DNA of 64,000 nucleotides from an uncultured Gemmatimonadales bacterium. Lineage in GTDB: Bacteria > Gemmatimonadota > Gemmatimonadetes > Gemmatimonadales > Gemmatimonadaceae. Numbering within the stretch: position 1 is the stretch's first letter; every line of letters starts with the position of its first letter. The DNA lies in the NCBI GenBank assembly GCA_963851265.1, contig CAWKNZ010000003.1, positions 32,001 through 96,000 of the forward strand, written 5' to 3'. Of this stretch, positions 10,156 through 19,669 are shown piece by piece. The position numbers were made by a program, and so were the translations under genes. Under the pieces are notes generated by a model. That model saw nothing but the letters and a program-made list of their open reading frames with translations. It ran no database searches and was not told where the DNA came from.

Positions 10156-10206
10156 GGAGGCGAGAAGGGGACCGGGTGGGGCGGAGCGCAGGCGCTGCAC
10201 TCGGGA

Positions 10207-10232
10207 GACGCGGGCGTGAGCAGGTTCGTTTA
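10207..10232 (-). promoter_or_regulatory. Candidate ECF promoter TAAACG-N16-CGT upstream of the histidine kinase
   Basis: Minus strand reads TAAACG AACCTGCTCACGCCCG CGTC. Confidence 0.7.
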
Positions 10233-10238
10233 GAACCT
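10222..10238. promoter_or_regulatory. Palindrome AGGTTC-N5-GAACCT, possible operator
   Basis: Perfect 6-bp inverted repeat in a divergent intergenic region, overlapping the TAAACG element; TTGACA at 10250-10255. Confidence 0.35.
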
Positions 10239-10317
10239 ACAGGGTGCAGTTGACAGCAGCGGAGGGCGGGGGTTGGATGCGGCGACCATCGCCCGCCCCC
10301 CTCTGCGAGTGTCCGAC

Positions 10318-11241
10318 ATGACTGTCGCACCATCAGCAACGGCCGTGAGGCCCTCCGGCGGCAGCCTCGCCGGCAAGACCCTGTTCATCACCGGGGGGAG
10401 CCGCGGCATCGGGCTCGCCATCGGGGTGCGAGCGGCCCGCGACGGCGCCAACGTCGTGATCGCGGCCAAGACCGACGCGCCGCATCCGAAGCTGCCGGGC
10501 ACGGTGCACTCCGCGGCGGCCGAGATCGAGGCGGCCGGCGGCCGGGCGCTCGGCGTCGTCTGCGACATTCGGTCGGCGGATCAGCTGCAGGCCGCGATCG
10601 ACCAGACCGTCGCGGCGTTCGGCGGGATCGACGTCGTCGTCAACAACGCGAGCGCGATCAGTCTCACGCCCACGGCCGACACCCCGATCAAGCGCTACGA
10701 CCTGATGCAGGAGGTGAACGCGCGCGGCACGTTCCTCTGCACGCAGCTGGCGCTGCCGCACCTGCGGCGCGCGCCCAATCCGCACGTGCTCACGCTGTCG
10801 CCGCCGCTCGACATGCGACCGCGCTGGTTCGCGGGCCACGTCGCTTACACGGTCGCCAAGTACGGCATGAGCATGTGCACGTTGGGCATGGCCGAGGAGT
10901 TCCGCGCGGAGGGGATCGCGGTGAACTCGCTCTGGCCGTTGACGGCGATCGACACGGCCGCCGTGCGCAACGTGCTCGGCGGGGACCGCATGGCGCGCAT
11001 GAGCCGGACCCCCGACATCGTCGCCGACGCCGCCCACGCGATCCTCACGCGGCCGGCGCGCGAGTGCACCGGCAACTTCTTCATCGACGAGGAGGTGCTA
11101 CGCGAGAGCGGGGTCACGGACTTCGCCCCGTACGCCCCGCACTCAGCCGACGGGCCGCTCGTCGCGGACTTCTTCGTTCCCGACGCGGTGTTCGAGCGGT
11201 CGCCGACGCAGGTCGTGCACGCGCTCGACGGGGCGCACTAA
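10318..11241 (+). CDS. Short-chain dehydrogenase, HSDL2/citronellol dehydrogenase-like
   Basis: ITGGSRGIG, HPKLPGT, NNASAI, YTVAKYGMS, NSLWP. Confidence 0.92.
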   Translation: MTVAPSATAVRPSGGSLAGKTLFITGGSRGIGLAIGVRAARDGANVVIAAKTDAPHPKLPGTVHSAAAEIEAAGGRALGVVCDIRSADQLQAAIDQTVAAFGGIDVVVNNASAISLTPTADTPIKRYDLMQEVNARGTFLCTQLALPHLRRAPNPHVLTLSPPLDMRPRWFAGHVAYTVAKYGMSMCTLGMAEEFRAEGIAVNSLWPLTAIDTAAVRNVLGGDRMARMSRTPDIVADAAHAILTRPARECTGNFFIDEEVLRESGVTDFAPYAPHSADGPLVADFFVPDAVFERSPTQVVHALDGAH

Positions 11242-11260
11242 CGGCGTCTCGGGTGAACGG

Positions 11261-11286
11261 TGGACCCCCGCTTTCGCGGGGGCCCA
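11261..11286. terminator. Hairpin between convergent genes
   Basis: CCCCCGC-TTTC-GCGGGGG stem-loop; no clear U tract. Confidence 0.55.
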
Positions 11287-11302
11287 GGGTTGTCACTGGC
11301 GG

Positions 11303-12667
11303 CTATTCGTACCGCAGCGCCTGAATGGGGTCGAGCGACGCCGCGCGCCGCGCGGGCCACGTCCCGAAGATCACGCCGACCACGGCGGAGAACGCGAACG
11401 CCATGATCACCGACGCCGGCGCGACCTCGGTGCTCCAGCCGAGGAACGCGTGGAGCGCGATGGCCGTCCCCCAGCCGATGGCGACGCCGATCAGCCCGCC
11501 GAGCGAGCAGAGCACCACGGCCTCGGTGAGAAACTGGAGGAGGATGGTCGCGCGCGAGGCGCCCAACGCCTTGCGCACGCCCACCTCGCGCGTGCGCTCG
11601 GTGACGGAGACGAGCATGATGTTCATGATCCCGATGCCGCCGACGAGCAGCGACACCGTCGCGACGCCGGCGAGCAGGTAGGTGAACACCTGCGTGGTCT
11701 CGCCGAGCGTGTTGAGGAAGTCGGCCTGGTTGCGGATCTGGAAGTCGTCCGGGCGGCCGACCGGCGTGCGATGCGCGCGGCGCATGATCCGCTGCACCTC
11801 GGCCATCGTCTCGGGAATCTGCGCCTCGTTCGGGGCGAGCACCGAGATGGTGCGCAGGTTCTCGGTGCCGAACAGGCCGAAACGCGCCGTCGAGAGCGGG
11901 ACGATGATCTCGTCGTCCGGATCGTTGAAGCCGGTGGCGCCGCCCTTCTGGGCGAACACCCCGATGACGGTGAACGACTGCGCGCCGAGGCGGATGCTCT
12001 GGCCGACGAGCGCCTGGGGGTCGGTGACGCCGAGGTTGCCGGCGGTGGTCGCGCCGACGACGGCGACGCGCTTGCGGCCGGCGTCGTCGGACTGGGTGAA
12101 CATGCGGCCGGCCGCCACGGTGTAGCGGCGTACATCGGCGTAGTTGGGCGACGTGCCGATGACCTGCGTGCTCGCGTTCGCGGTGCCGAACTGCACCTGC
12201 TGCTGCTTCGTCATCTCGGGTTCGACCGCGGCGATGACCTGGGCGCGCTGCGTGAGGAAGTCGGCGTCCTGCACCTTGAGCGGGGCGCGGTCGGTCTGCG
12301 ACGCGACGCCGCCGGTGAACACCTGCCCCGGAATGACGGTGAGGAGCGTGGTGCCGAGTGAGGAGATGCGGTTCTTGACCGCGTCCTGTGCGCCGCGGCC
12401 GAGCGCGAGCATGGCGATCACCGCGCCGACGCCGATGATGATGCCGAGCATCGTGAGGAGCGAGCGCAGCTTGTTGACGCGCAGCGCCTCGAGCGAGACG
12501 CGGAGCACCTCGCCGAACTGCATCCCGCGATGCTTTGCGGGCGGCGGCGGCGCGCTCCGCCGCGGAGCGGGCGACGGCTCGGGCGGCGCCCCGGGCCGGA
12601 CCGCGGGGGTCGGCTCGAGCGCGGGGTCGACCGACGTGTCGCCGGGCGGACGGAGTGTGACGGCCAT
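11303..12667 (-). CDS. MacB/FtsX-type ABC permease (no nucleotide-binding domain)
   Basis: NKLRSLLTMLGIIIGV, VGGIGIMNIMLVSVTERTREVGVRKALGA, PARRAASLDPIQALRYE; GAGGAG RBS. Confidence 0.95.
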   Translation of the reverse strand: MAVTLRPPGDTSVDPALEPTPAVRPGAPPEPSPAPRRSAPPPPAKHRGMQFGEVLRVSLEALRVNKLRSLLTMLGIIIGVGAVIAMLALGRGAQDAVKNRISSLGTTLLTVIPGQVFTGGVASQTDRAPLKVQDADFLTQRAQVIAAVEPEMTKQQQVQFGTANASTQVIGTSPNYADVRRYTVAAGRMFTQSDDAGRKRVAVVGATTAGNLGVTDPQALVGQSIRLGAQSFTVIGVFAQKGGATGFNDPDDEIIVPLSTARFGLFGTENLRTISVLAPNEAQIPETMAEVQRIMRRAHRTPVGRPDDFQIRNQADFLNTLGETTQVFTYLLAGVATVSLLVGGIGIMNIMLVSVTERTREVGVRKALGASRATILLQFLTEAVVLCSLGGLIGVAIGWGTAIALHAFLGWSTEVAPASVIMAFAFSAVVGVIFGTWPARRAASLDPIQALRYE

Positions 12668-12751
12668 CTCTGAATCTCCTCGAAAGTCGGCGGGGCCGAA
12701 CGGGACCCGCCTTACGCCGTACGCATCACGAACGGACGATGAACGCGCGCC

Positions 12752-14365
12752 TCAGCCGGGCGGTCGTCCCCCGCCGCCACCACCGCCGCCGGTGGCGCCG
12801 CCTCCTGCGCCGCCGCCCTGGCGACCGCCCGAGCCCGACCCGCCGCCGCCGATGCCCGGCAGCGCGGTGCGGCTGCGGATCTGATTCTGGAACTGCGTTC
12901 GCTGCTGCTGCAACACTGCGGCCGAGACCAGCGCGACCTGCTCACCCTCGCTCAGACCGTTGGTGATCTCGACGACGTCGTAGTTGGACAGGCCCACGGT
13001 GACGACCCGCGGAATGAACGCGGGCTGCTGGGCGGTCCCACCCTTCACGAACACCACCGCGTGCGCGCCGGGGACCAGCGCGCCGCCCTGTCCGCTCCCC
13101 GCGCCACCGCGGCCACCGCCCTGGCCGCCGCCGTTGCCGCCGCCCGCACCACCTCCCCCACCACCGCCCGCAGCGCCGCCACCACCGCCACCCGCCCCGC
13201 GGCCGGTGCGCCGCCCGGCGCCTCCGGCCGCGGCTCCCCCGGCCGCGGCGGCGCCCGCCGGTCCCGCCGCGCCACCGCGGCCGCCTACGGTGACGCTCCC
13301 CGGCGTGTCGGCGCCGGCCGCTCCCGCCCCCGCCCCGCGGTTGCCGCGTTGTGCCTGCAGCATCTGGCGCACCGAATCCGCGTCGAGCCCGAGCGCGGTC
13401 GCGGCGCTGGCCGCGTCGCGCCCACTCCGGACCGCGTCGACCGGCACGGCGAGCACGTTGTCGCGCTCCGAGACGAGCACCGACACGTCGGTGTTCATCC
13501 CGGGCATGAGCGCCCGGTCCGGGTTGTCGATGCGGATGAGCACCGGGAAGAACGTGACGCTCTGCTGAACGGTCGCCTGCGGCTCGACCTTCTCGACGAC
13601 GCCCTTGAAGGTGCGGCCGGGGTACGCGTCGACGGTCACGCGCGCCTCCTGTCCCGACCGCACGCGGCCGATGTCGCTCTCGTTGACGAGCGTGCTGTCG
13701 TAGACCGCGCCGAGGTTCGCGACCGTCATCAGGATGGTGCCGCCAGACGGCGAGTTGATCGACGACGCGATGACCTGGCCGAGCGAGACGGGCCGCGTGA
13801 TGATCGTGCCGGCCGACGGCGCGCGGATCACGACGTTCTCGATGCCGATGCGCGCGTTCTCGAGTTGCGACTGCGCGGCGACGAGCGCGGATTGCGCGTT
13901 CGCGTACGCGAGCCGCGCCGCCTCGATGTCGGGCGCGGTGAGCACGCCCTGGCGCAGCAACGCCGTGTCGCGGACGAACTGCGTGCGGGTGATCTGCACC
14001 TGCGAGCGCGTCGCGACCACCGCGGCGTTCGCCTGGTTGAAGTTCGCCGTCGGGATGCGCGGGTCGATGCGCACGAGCACCTGCCCCGCGGTGATCTGCG
14101 ATCCGGTCTGCACCGGCAGCGCGGTGATCTGCCCCGACGTCTGCGAGCGTACGTCGACCGCGTTGATCGGCGTCACCGTGCCGGTCGCCTCGACGTCGAC
14201 GACGATGTTCTGCCGTGCGGCGGGAGCGCTCTGGATGGCCGTCGCCGCGTCGGCCTGCTTCTTGGCGCACGCCCCGGCCAGCGTGGCCGCGGCGGCGAGG
14301 GTGGCGGGCAGCGCGAGCGATCGGCGGCGGGGGCGCGACGGCATGGGCAGGGGCGGGAGGGTCAT
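12752..14365 (-). CDS. MacA-like periplasmic adaptor (MFP), lipoprotein, with Gly-rich insertions
   Basis: ATG overlaps TolC TGA; LAGAC lipobox; IRAPSAGTI, VNESDIGRV, VDAYP, LMPGMN, GLSEGEQV. Confidence 0.92.
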   Translation of the reverse strand: MTLPPLPMPSRPRRRSLALPATLAAAATLAGACAKKQADAATAIQSAPAARQNIVVDVEATGTVTPINAVDVRSQTSGQITALPVQTGSQITAGQVLVRIDPRIPTANFNQANAAVVATRSQVQITRTQFVRDTALLRQGVLTAPDIEAARLAYANAQSALVAAQSQLENARIGIENVVIRAPSAGTIITRPVSLGQVIASSINSPSGGTILMTVANLGAVYDSTLVNESDIGRVRSGQEARVTVDAYPGRTFKGVVEKVEPQATVQQSVTFFPVLIRIDNPDRALMPGMNTDVSVLVSERDNVLAVPVDAVRSGRDAASAATALGLDADSVRQMLQAQRGNRGAGAGAAGADTPGSVTVGGRGGAAGPAGAAAAGGAAAGGAGRRTGRGAGGGGGGAAGGGGGGGAGGGNGGGQGGGRGGAGSGQGGALVPGAHAVVFVKGGTAQQPAFIPRVVTVGLSNYDVVEITNGLSEGEQVALVSAAVLQQQRTQFQNQIRSRTALPGIGGGGSGSGGRQGGGAGGGATGGGGGGGGRPPG

Positions 14366-15687
14366 TGGTTGCCGCCGACGAGCGCTTCGAGCTGCGCCCG
14401 CGCGGACCGCGCGGAGAAGCGCGCCTGCACGAGTCCGAGCCGCGCCTGGGTGAGCGTCGTCTGTGCGGTGAGCACGTCGAGCGAGGTGGCGACGCCGAGC
14501 TGGTATCGCTGGCGCTGCACGCGCAGGTTCTCCTCGCCGGCGGCGATGGCCTGCGCCTGGGTCGCCTCCTGCTGCCCCGCGGTGCGGAGCTCGGTCAGCG
14601 CCTGCACCAGCGTCTGCTGCGCGGCCAGCTCCTGGTCGCGCACCGAGGCCTCGCTGTTGGCGTAGTTGACCTCGGCGTTGGCCACATTGGTGGCCGTGTT
14701 CAGCTGATCGAAGACGGGCAGCGTGATCGCGAGCCGCAGCTGCCCGCTTGGCACGTAGCTCCCCGAGAAGATGTCGAGCGTGCTCGCCGCGCCGGTGAGG
14801 TTGCGGCCGTAGCTGACCGACAGGTTGGGGAAGTACGCGGCGCGTGCGGAGCGCGACTGGTTGCGCGCCTGTTCCACCGACGCCCGCGCCTGCCGCACCG
14901 CGGGCCCCGTGGCGGCGAGGCGTGCGAGCCCGGCGCTGTCGATGGTGAACGCGGTGTCGGGCGGCAACCCGCCGACCGTCGCGCTCACCGGCGCGTCGGA
15001 GCCGATCACGCGGGTGAGGGTCGCGTCGGCGTTGGCCCGGTTGCTGGCGGCGGTGATCGCGGCGAGCTGCGCCTGCCCGACGGCGATCACCGCCTGCAGC
15101 GAGTCGCTGCGCGTGGCGGTCTGGGCGCGGAGCCGCACCGTGGCCAGGGTGAGCTGCGTCTGCGCCTGGGCGAGCTGGTCGCGCGCGGCCGCTTCGGTCT
15201 CGCGTGCGGCCAGCGCGGCGAAGTACTGCTGCTTGACCGAGAGGGCGAGGCTCGCCCCGGTCGACTGGGTGTTTGCGCCGGCGGCGGCCTCCTGCGCCCG
15301 CGCGGCGCGCACGTCGTACACGCGCCTGAAGCCGTCGAACAGGGTGAGCGACGCCGTGAACCCGGTCGTGGTCTGGTACGCGCCGCTCACGATCTCGCCC
15401 GTCTGCGTGTTGACGCGCTGCGTGACGTTGATCTGGCGCGTGAGCCCGCCCGTGACCTGCACGGCGGGGAGGAACTGCGCGTACGCGCCCCGGAGGGCGA
15501 CGCTGCCGGCGCGCACGAGGCCGCGCGCCTGGATGGCGCCGGGCGCGGCCCGCTGCGCCGTCTTGATGGCGTCGGCAAGCGAGATCGGGCGGCCGGTCGC
15601 GCTGTCGGAGGCGAGCGTTCCGGGCGCGGCGACGAGATCGCTCGCGACCGGCGGCAGCGTCGCGGGCAGTTGAGCAGCGAAGAGCAT
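14362..15687 (-). CDS. TolC family outer-membrane efflux protein
   Basis: ISLADAI, LTLFDG, YFPNLS, ITLPVFD, RYQLGVATSLDVL, QLEALVG. Confidence 0.92.
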   Translation of the reverse strand: MLFAAQLPATLPPVASDLVAAPGTLASDSATGRPISLADAIKTAQRAAPGAIQARGLVRAGSVALRGAYAQFLPAVQVTGGLTRQINVTQRVNTQTGEIVSGAYQTTTGFTASLTLFDGFRRVYDVRAARAQEAAAGANTQSTGASLALSVKQQYFAALAARETEAAARDQLAQAQTQLTLATVRLRAQTATRSDSLQAVIAVGQAQLAAITAASNRANADATLTRVIGSDAPVSATVGGLPPDTAFTIDSAGLARLAATGPAVRQARASVEQARNQSRSARAAYFPNLSVSYGRNLTGAASTLDIFSGSYVPSGQLRLAITLPVFDQLNTATNVANAEVNYANSEASVRDQELAAQQTLVQALTELRTAGQQEATQAQAIAAGEENLRVQRQRYQLGVATSLDVLTAQTTLTQARLGLVQARFSARSARAQLEALVGGNQ

Positions 15688-15748
15688 GGCGGGGGTGCAG
15701 GCGAATGCGGCCGAGCGGTGACGCGCACCGCCCGGCCTTCGACACGTC

Positions 15749-15774
15749 AACGCACGGCGGCGGCGAAGCGTTTA
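15749..15774 (-). promoter_or_regulatory. Candidate ECF promoter TAAACG-N16-CGT upstream of tolC-MFP-permease
   Basis: Minus strand reads TAAACG CTTCGCCGCCGCCGTG CGTT. Confidence 0.72.
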
Positions 15775-15806
15775 GCGCCGCCGCCTTCGCACCCGCACCG
15801 TACTGC

Positions 15807-16394
15807 TTACGGCGTGCCCATACGCCCGCCCGACATGCCCCCGCCGCCGCGCGGTGCGCTCCGCGCCGCGCCGCTCAACTGCGCCTCGGCGAACGCGCTG
15901 CGGCGCATGTCGTCCTCCATCTTCGCGGCGCGCGCCCGCTGCTCCGGATTCAGCGCGGCCAGCGCGTCCTCGCGCGCCTGCGCCTCGGCGTCGCGCTGCG
16001 CACGGAGCGCGGCCGCCCGCGCGCGCAGCCGATCGCGCATGGCGACCCGATCGCTGTCGCTCATCGTCGTCCACACGTTCGGATCGCTCGGCGGCTTGAG
16101 CGAGGCGGCGCGCGCGCTGAGCGTGTCGACCGCCGCATCGCGGCGCACCTTGGCCGCGCTCACGCGCCCGACCTGCTCCGGGTTGAGCCCCAGGTCCGCA
16201 CGCCGCTCGAGCACCACGTCGACGAGATTGATGGTGTTCGGATCGCGCTTGGGACGTGCGTCCGCGCTATCCCGGTTGTCGCCGCCGCCGCGCGAACGGC
16301 CACCGCTGAACTGCGCGCGCGCGGGCAGGGCGGCGCCGGCGAGCGCGGCGAACGCGACCACGACCGGGGTCACGCGAGAGAAGCGGTGCGACAT
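15807..16394 (-). CDS. Secreted Spy/CpxP-like (LTxxQ) helical protein
   Basis: Signal peptide ARA-Q; two LNPEQ motifs (LGLNPEQ, ALNPEQR) around a long helix. Confidence 0.78.
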   Translation of the reverse strand: MSHRFSRVTPVVVAFAALAGAALPARAQFSGGRSRGGGDNRDSADARPKRDPNTINLVDVVLERRADLGLNPEQVGRVSAAKVRRDAAVDTLSARAASLKPPSDPNVWTTMSDSDRVAMRDRLRARAAALRAQRDAEAQAREDALAALNPEQRARAAKMEDDMRRSAFAEAQLSGAARSAPRGGGGMSGGRMGTP

Positions 16395-16417
16395 GGAAGC
16401 GGCAGGCTGCGAGGGGA

Positions 16418-16460
16418 ACGGACGGGGAGCGCGGCAAACTACCCCGCGCTCCCCGTCCGT
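16418..16460. terminator. Perfect 17-bp stem, 9-nt loop hairpin
   Basis: ACGGACGGGGAGCGCGG-CAAACTACC-CCGCGCTCCCCGTCCGT between the lipoprotein stop and the Spy-like start. Confidence 0.65.
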
Positions 16461-16480
16461 GTGCCGTAGTCAGCCGCCGA

Positions 16481-17494
16481 TCACGAGCAGCTCAGGCGGC
16501 CGCGCGGCAGCGGGAGCGTGCAGTTCTTGGTCGTGTCGTTCTGCACGATGACGACCTTCGCGGTGGCCGAGCCGTCGTACGTGACGACCTCGCGGCGCTT
16601 GGTCGTCGTCGCCGACCCGCCGGCGAGGGTGACGGTCGCCTGGGTGGCGCGGATCACCGTACCGGCCGTGGGATACACGCCCGACCCGGTCTTGACCGGG
16701 ATCACCAACCCGGTCGTCGTATCGCCCATGACGCGCGTAGCGCTGAACTTGGTGCTGTCGCTGAGTGTGCCGGAGGTCGATTCCTGCCCGGCCGAGGTGC
16801 CGTTGACCGTGCGCTGTGCGCTGCCGCCGGCGAGGCCGACGACGGTGCGATCGCTCACGGTGCTGACCGTGCTCGTCGCCGTCGCCACGGTCACGCGCGC
16901 GCTGTCGGGCCCGAAGCCGTGGCCGAAGCCGTGGTGATCACGCGGGGTGAACGTCGTCGTCCCGCTCACCTCGACGTGCGTCACGGCGGTGTTCGTCGTG
17001 GTGTCGAGGGCCTGCTGGGTCGCGCCCGCCGCGGTCGTGTAGATCGCGTAGCTCGAGATCGTCAGGCCGTTGAGAGTGGTCGGCGCGCAGGTGATGCGGC
17101 CCGTGCTCGCCGCGAACGTGCAGCTGGTGGTTGGGGCGCCGCCGAACGGGTTGCCGAACTCGCCGCGGCCGAAGCCCGGCCCGAAGCCGCCAAGGCCGGC
17201 GAACTCACCGCCGAGCCCGCCGCCCATGAAGGCGCTGAAGCCAAGGCCGCCGTCGCCGCCCCCGTCGTGGCCGCCGTGTCCACCCGGGCCGAACGAGCCG
17301 GTGTTTCCGCTCGCGTCGAAGCTGCTCGACACCATGTCATAACCGGGTGTCGCGCTGGTGAACGCGGTCGAGAGAAGGGCGGACGACGTCGCGGCCGCGG
17401 CGGCCGAGGGCGCAGTGGCGGTGTCGCTGCACGCGGCGGCGAGCACGCCGCCCAACGCTGCGACGCCGACGACGAGCTTGGGGAAGCGGGACAT
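16481..17494 (-). CDS. Thr/Gly-rich lipoprotein of unknown function
   Basis: LAAAC lipobox; two Cys pairs; Gly/His-rich patches; beta-rich C-terminus. Confidence 0.8.
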   Translation of the reverse strand: MSRFPKLVVGVAALGGVLAAACSDTATAPSAAAAATSSALLSTAFTSATPGYDMVSSSFDASGNTGSFGPGGHGGHDGGGDGGLGFSAFMGGGLGGEFAGLGGFGPGFGRGEFGNPFGGAPTTSCTFAASTGRITCAPTTLNGLTISSYAIYTTAAGATQQALDTTTNTAVTHVEVSGTTTFTPRDHHGFGHGFGPDSARVTVATATSTVSTVSDRTVVGLAGGSAQRTVNGTSAGQESTSGTLSDSTKFSATRVMGDTTTGLVIPVKTGSGVYPTAGTVIRATQATVTLAGGSATTTKRREVVTYDGSATAKVVIVQNDTTKNCTLPLPRGRLSCS

Positions 17495-17599
17495 GCGGAA
17501 CGGCTCCGGAAGTTGGGATCTGGTGAAAGCGGACGGCGCGGCGCCTGGTCACCTGCGCATGGTCACTTGCGCGTGATCGCCTGGGCGGCGCTGCGTCCA

Positions 17600-17627
17600 A
17601 CACACGCGTCCGAAACGGGCCCCCTAC
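17600..17627 (-). promoter_or_regulatory. Candidate ECF promoter GTAGGGG-N15-GTGTGT upstream of the lipoprotein
   Basis: Minus strand reads GTAGGGG GCCCGTTTCGGACGC GTGTGT; same boxes and spacing as 18294-18321. Confidence 0.68.
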
Positions 17628-18247
17628 TCCGATCCCTCGTCCCCGCCCGGCAGCCACGGGCCGAGCCGGGCGCGGAGCAAGCGGAGGGCACGCCCCATCT
17701 GCGCCTCGACGGTTTTGGGGGAGATGCCGAGCCGCGCCGCGATGTCGCTGTATCGAAGACCCTCGGCGCGGCTGAGCAGGAACACCCGCCGGCAGCCCGG
17801 GGGGAGCGCCGCGACCGCCGCGTCGATCGCCGCGGCCAGTTCGCCCTCGACGGCCTGGGCGGCGGGGCTCGCGCCGGGCGCTGCCTCGTCGACGGCGAGC
17901 ATCGGAGCCGCGCGCGCCGCGACGCGGGCGTGACGCAGCCGGTTGAGCGCGCGGTTCCGCACCGCGCGGATCAGATAGGGGCCCGGCTCGTCGCCCGTGT
18001 CGAGCGTCGTGCGCCGACGCCACAACTCGAGCAGGACGTCCTGTGCGAGCTCCTCCGCCGCCGCGGCGTCGCGAAGCATCCGGTCGGCGACGCCGACGAG
18101 CGGGGCGTACCAGCGCCGGAAGATCGCGTCGAATGCCGCGGATGGTCCCGCGTCGTCGTCGGCCCCCTCGCGGAGGCGGGCGAGCAGGGCGCGGTCGTCC
18201 TCGATCGGCGAGTCGTCTTCGTCGAGCGGTGAAGCGTCGGAATGCAA
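17624..18247 (-). CDS. ECF sigma-70 factor (FecI-like)
   Basis: AFDAIFRRW, AEELAQDVLLELW, YLIRAVRNRALN, LPPGCRRVFLLSR.EGLRYSDIA.LGISPKTVEAQM. TTG start uncertain. Confidence 0.9.
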   Translation of the reverse strand: MHSDASPLDEDDSPIEDDRALLARLREGADDDAGPSAAFDAIFRRWYAPLVGVADRMLRDAAAAEELAQDVLLELWRRRTTLDTGDEPGPYLIRAVRNRALNRLRHARVAARAAPMLAVDEAAPGASPAAQAVEGELAAAIDAAVAALPPGCRRVFLLSRAEGLRYSDIAARLGISPKTVEAQMGRALRLLRARLGPWLPGGDEGSE

Positions 18248-18293
18248 CAGGGCGGACGGAAGAAGGCGACGACCGGCTACCGAGCGGGCCCGC

Positions 18294-18321
18294 GTAGGGG
18301 TAGCGTTCGCCTCCTGTGTGT
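18294..18321 (+). promoter_or_regulatory. Candidate ECF promoter GTAGGGG-N15-GTGTGT, 8 nt before the fecR-like ATG
   Basis: GTAGGGG TAGCGTTCGCCTCCT GTGTGT ACAAGGGC ATG. Confidence 0.68.
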
Positions 18322-18329
18322 ACAAGGGC

Positions 18330-19664
18330 ATGAACGGTCGCGAACCTTCGTCGAGCGCGTCGCCGGACCGGCCGGTTCCCGAGGGAACCGGGCCGGACTG
18401 GACGGCGATCGCGCGCCTCGTCGCGGGCGAGCCCGCGGCGAACGCCGACGAGCGCGCGCGCGAGGACGCCGCGCGCGCCTGGCTCGCCGCGCGTCCCGAC
18501 GAGGCGGCGCGGGTTGCGGCGCTCGGACGCGTGCTCACGCCGTCCGCCCTCGCCGACGTGTCGCGCGCCGAGGGCGCGGATGGATCGGGGCGTGTGGTCG
18601 ACGTCGAAGCCGCACTGGCGCGGGTACGGCGCGCCGCGCTCCTCGACCGCGCCCCGGCCGCGACCGCTGCGCGCGAGAGCACCGGGCCGCAGATCGCGAT
18701 CCCGCAGCTCACGGGTTCGCAGCTCACGGGTTCGCAGCTCACGGGTCCGCAACTCACGGTCGTGCGCGGCGGAGCGCCCCGCCCGCCCGCCTCCGAACCG
18801 GCGCGTGCCACGCCGCGGCAGCTGGTCATGCCCCGGCCGGTGCCGGCGTGGCGGCGTGCGGCCGGATTGGTGGCAGCCGCGGCGATGCTCACCGCTGGGC
18901 TCGCCTGGTGGCGGACGGGTGGACGGGTCGGCCGCACCCTGACCGATTCGGGCGCGGGCGGTACGACCGTCGCGCAGCACGTGGTGACGGCGGTCGGCGA
19001 GCGCCGGGTGCTCCCCCTCGCCGACGGGTCCGCGGTCGTGCTCGGCCCGGCGAGCACGCTCGACGTGCCGGCCGGCTACGGCGGCGCGGCGCGGCGCGTC
19101 CACCTCACGGGCGAGGCGTATTTCCGCGTCGTGCACGACGACCAGCGCCCGTTCGAGGTGGCGGCGGGCGACGCGATCGTGCACGACGTTGGCACCGCGT
19201 TCGTGGTCCGCGCCGGCGGCACCCCGGGCCAACCGGTCGACGTCGCGGTGACGACGGGAGTCGTCCGCCTGCAGGCGGCGGGTCCGGCGAGCCCGGGTAC
19301 CGAGCGGGACGGTGTGCTCCTCCGCGCTGGCGACCGCGGCCGCGTCGCCGCGGCGACCAGCGGCGCGCCGGCCGCGGCGGCCGTCGTCGCGCGTGGTGCG
19401 GACGTCGGGTCTGACACCGCCTGGACCACCGGCCACCTCGTCTTCCGCGACGCCCCGCTCGGCGACGTGGCCGGCGCGCTGCGTCGCTGGTACGGCATCG
19501 ATCTGCGCTTCGCGGACTCGGCGGTTGCGCAGCGCCACCTCACGGCCACCTTCGCGGGTGAGTCGACCGGCGCGGTGCTGCACGTGATCGAACTCGCCAC
19601 CGGGGCGCGCCTCGATCGCCACGGCGATACCGTCGTGGTGCGGGAGGCCGCGCCGTCCCACTGA
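18330..19664 (+). CDS. FecR family anti-sigma factor
   Basis: Single TM; LADGSAVVLGPAS, LTGEAYFRV, DVGTAFVV, WTTGHLVFRDAPL, LRRWYG. Confidence 0.93.
   Translation: MNGREPSSSASPDRPVPEGTGPDWTAIARLVAGEPAANADERAREDAARAWLAARPDEAARVAALGRVLTPSALADVSRAEGADGSGRVVDVEAALARVRRAALLDRAPAATAARESTGPQIAIPQLTGSQLTGSQLTGPQLTVVRGGAPRPPASEPARATPRQLVMPRPVPAWRRAAGLVAAAAMLTAGLAWWRTGGRVGRTLTDSGAGGTTVAQHVVTAVGERRVLPLADGSAVVLGPASTLDVPAGYGGAARRVHLTGEAYFRVVHDDQRPFEVAAGDAIVHDVGTAFVVRAGGTPGQPVDVAVTTGVVRLQAAGPASPGTERDGVLLRAGDRGRVAAATSGAPAAAAVVARGADVGSDTAWTTGHLVFRDAPLGDVAGALRRWYGIDLRFADSAVAQRHLTATFAGESTGAVLHVIELATGARLDRHGDTVVVREAAPSH
18704..18759 (+). repeat. 15-bp tandem repeat GCAGCTCACGGGTTC (about 3.7 copies) in the FecR linker
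   Basis: Encodes QLTGS QLTGS QLTGP QLT. Confidence 0.9.
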
Positions 19665-19669
19665 GCCGC

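Noticed and set aside
12752..13330. Gly/Arg-rich tracts as RGG RNA-binding or collagen-like repeats
   Set aside because: They lie in exported proteins, lack strict periodicity and recur as generic linkers across the window.
18329..18332. CATG giving opposite-strand starts for both sigma and FecR
   Set aside because: Sigma homology begins well downstream; the extension would run through the fecR promoter.
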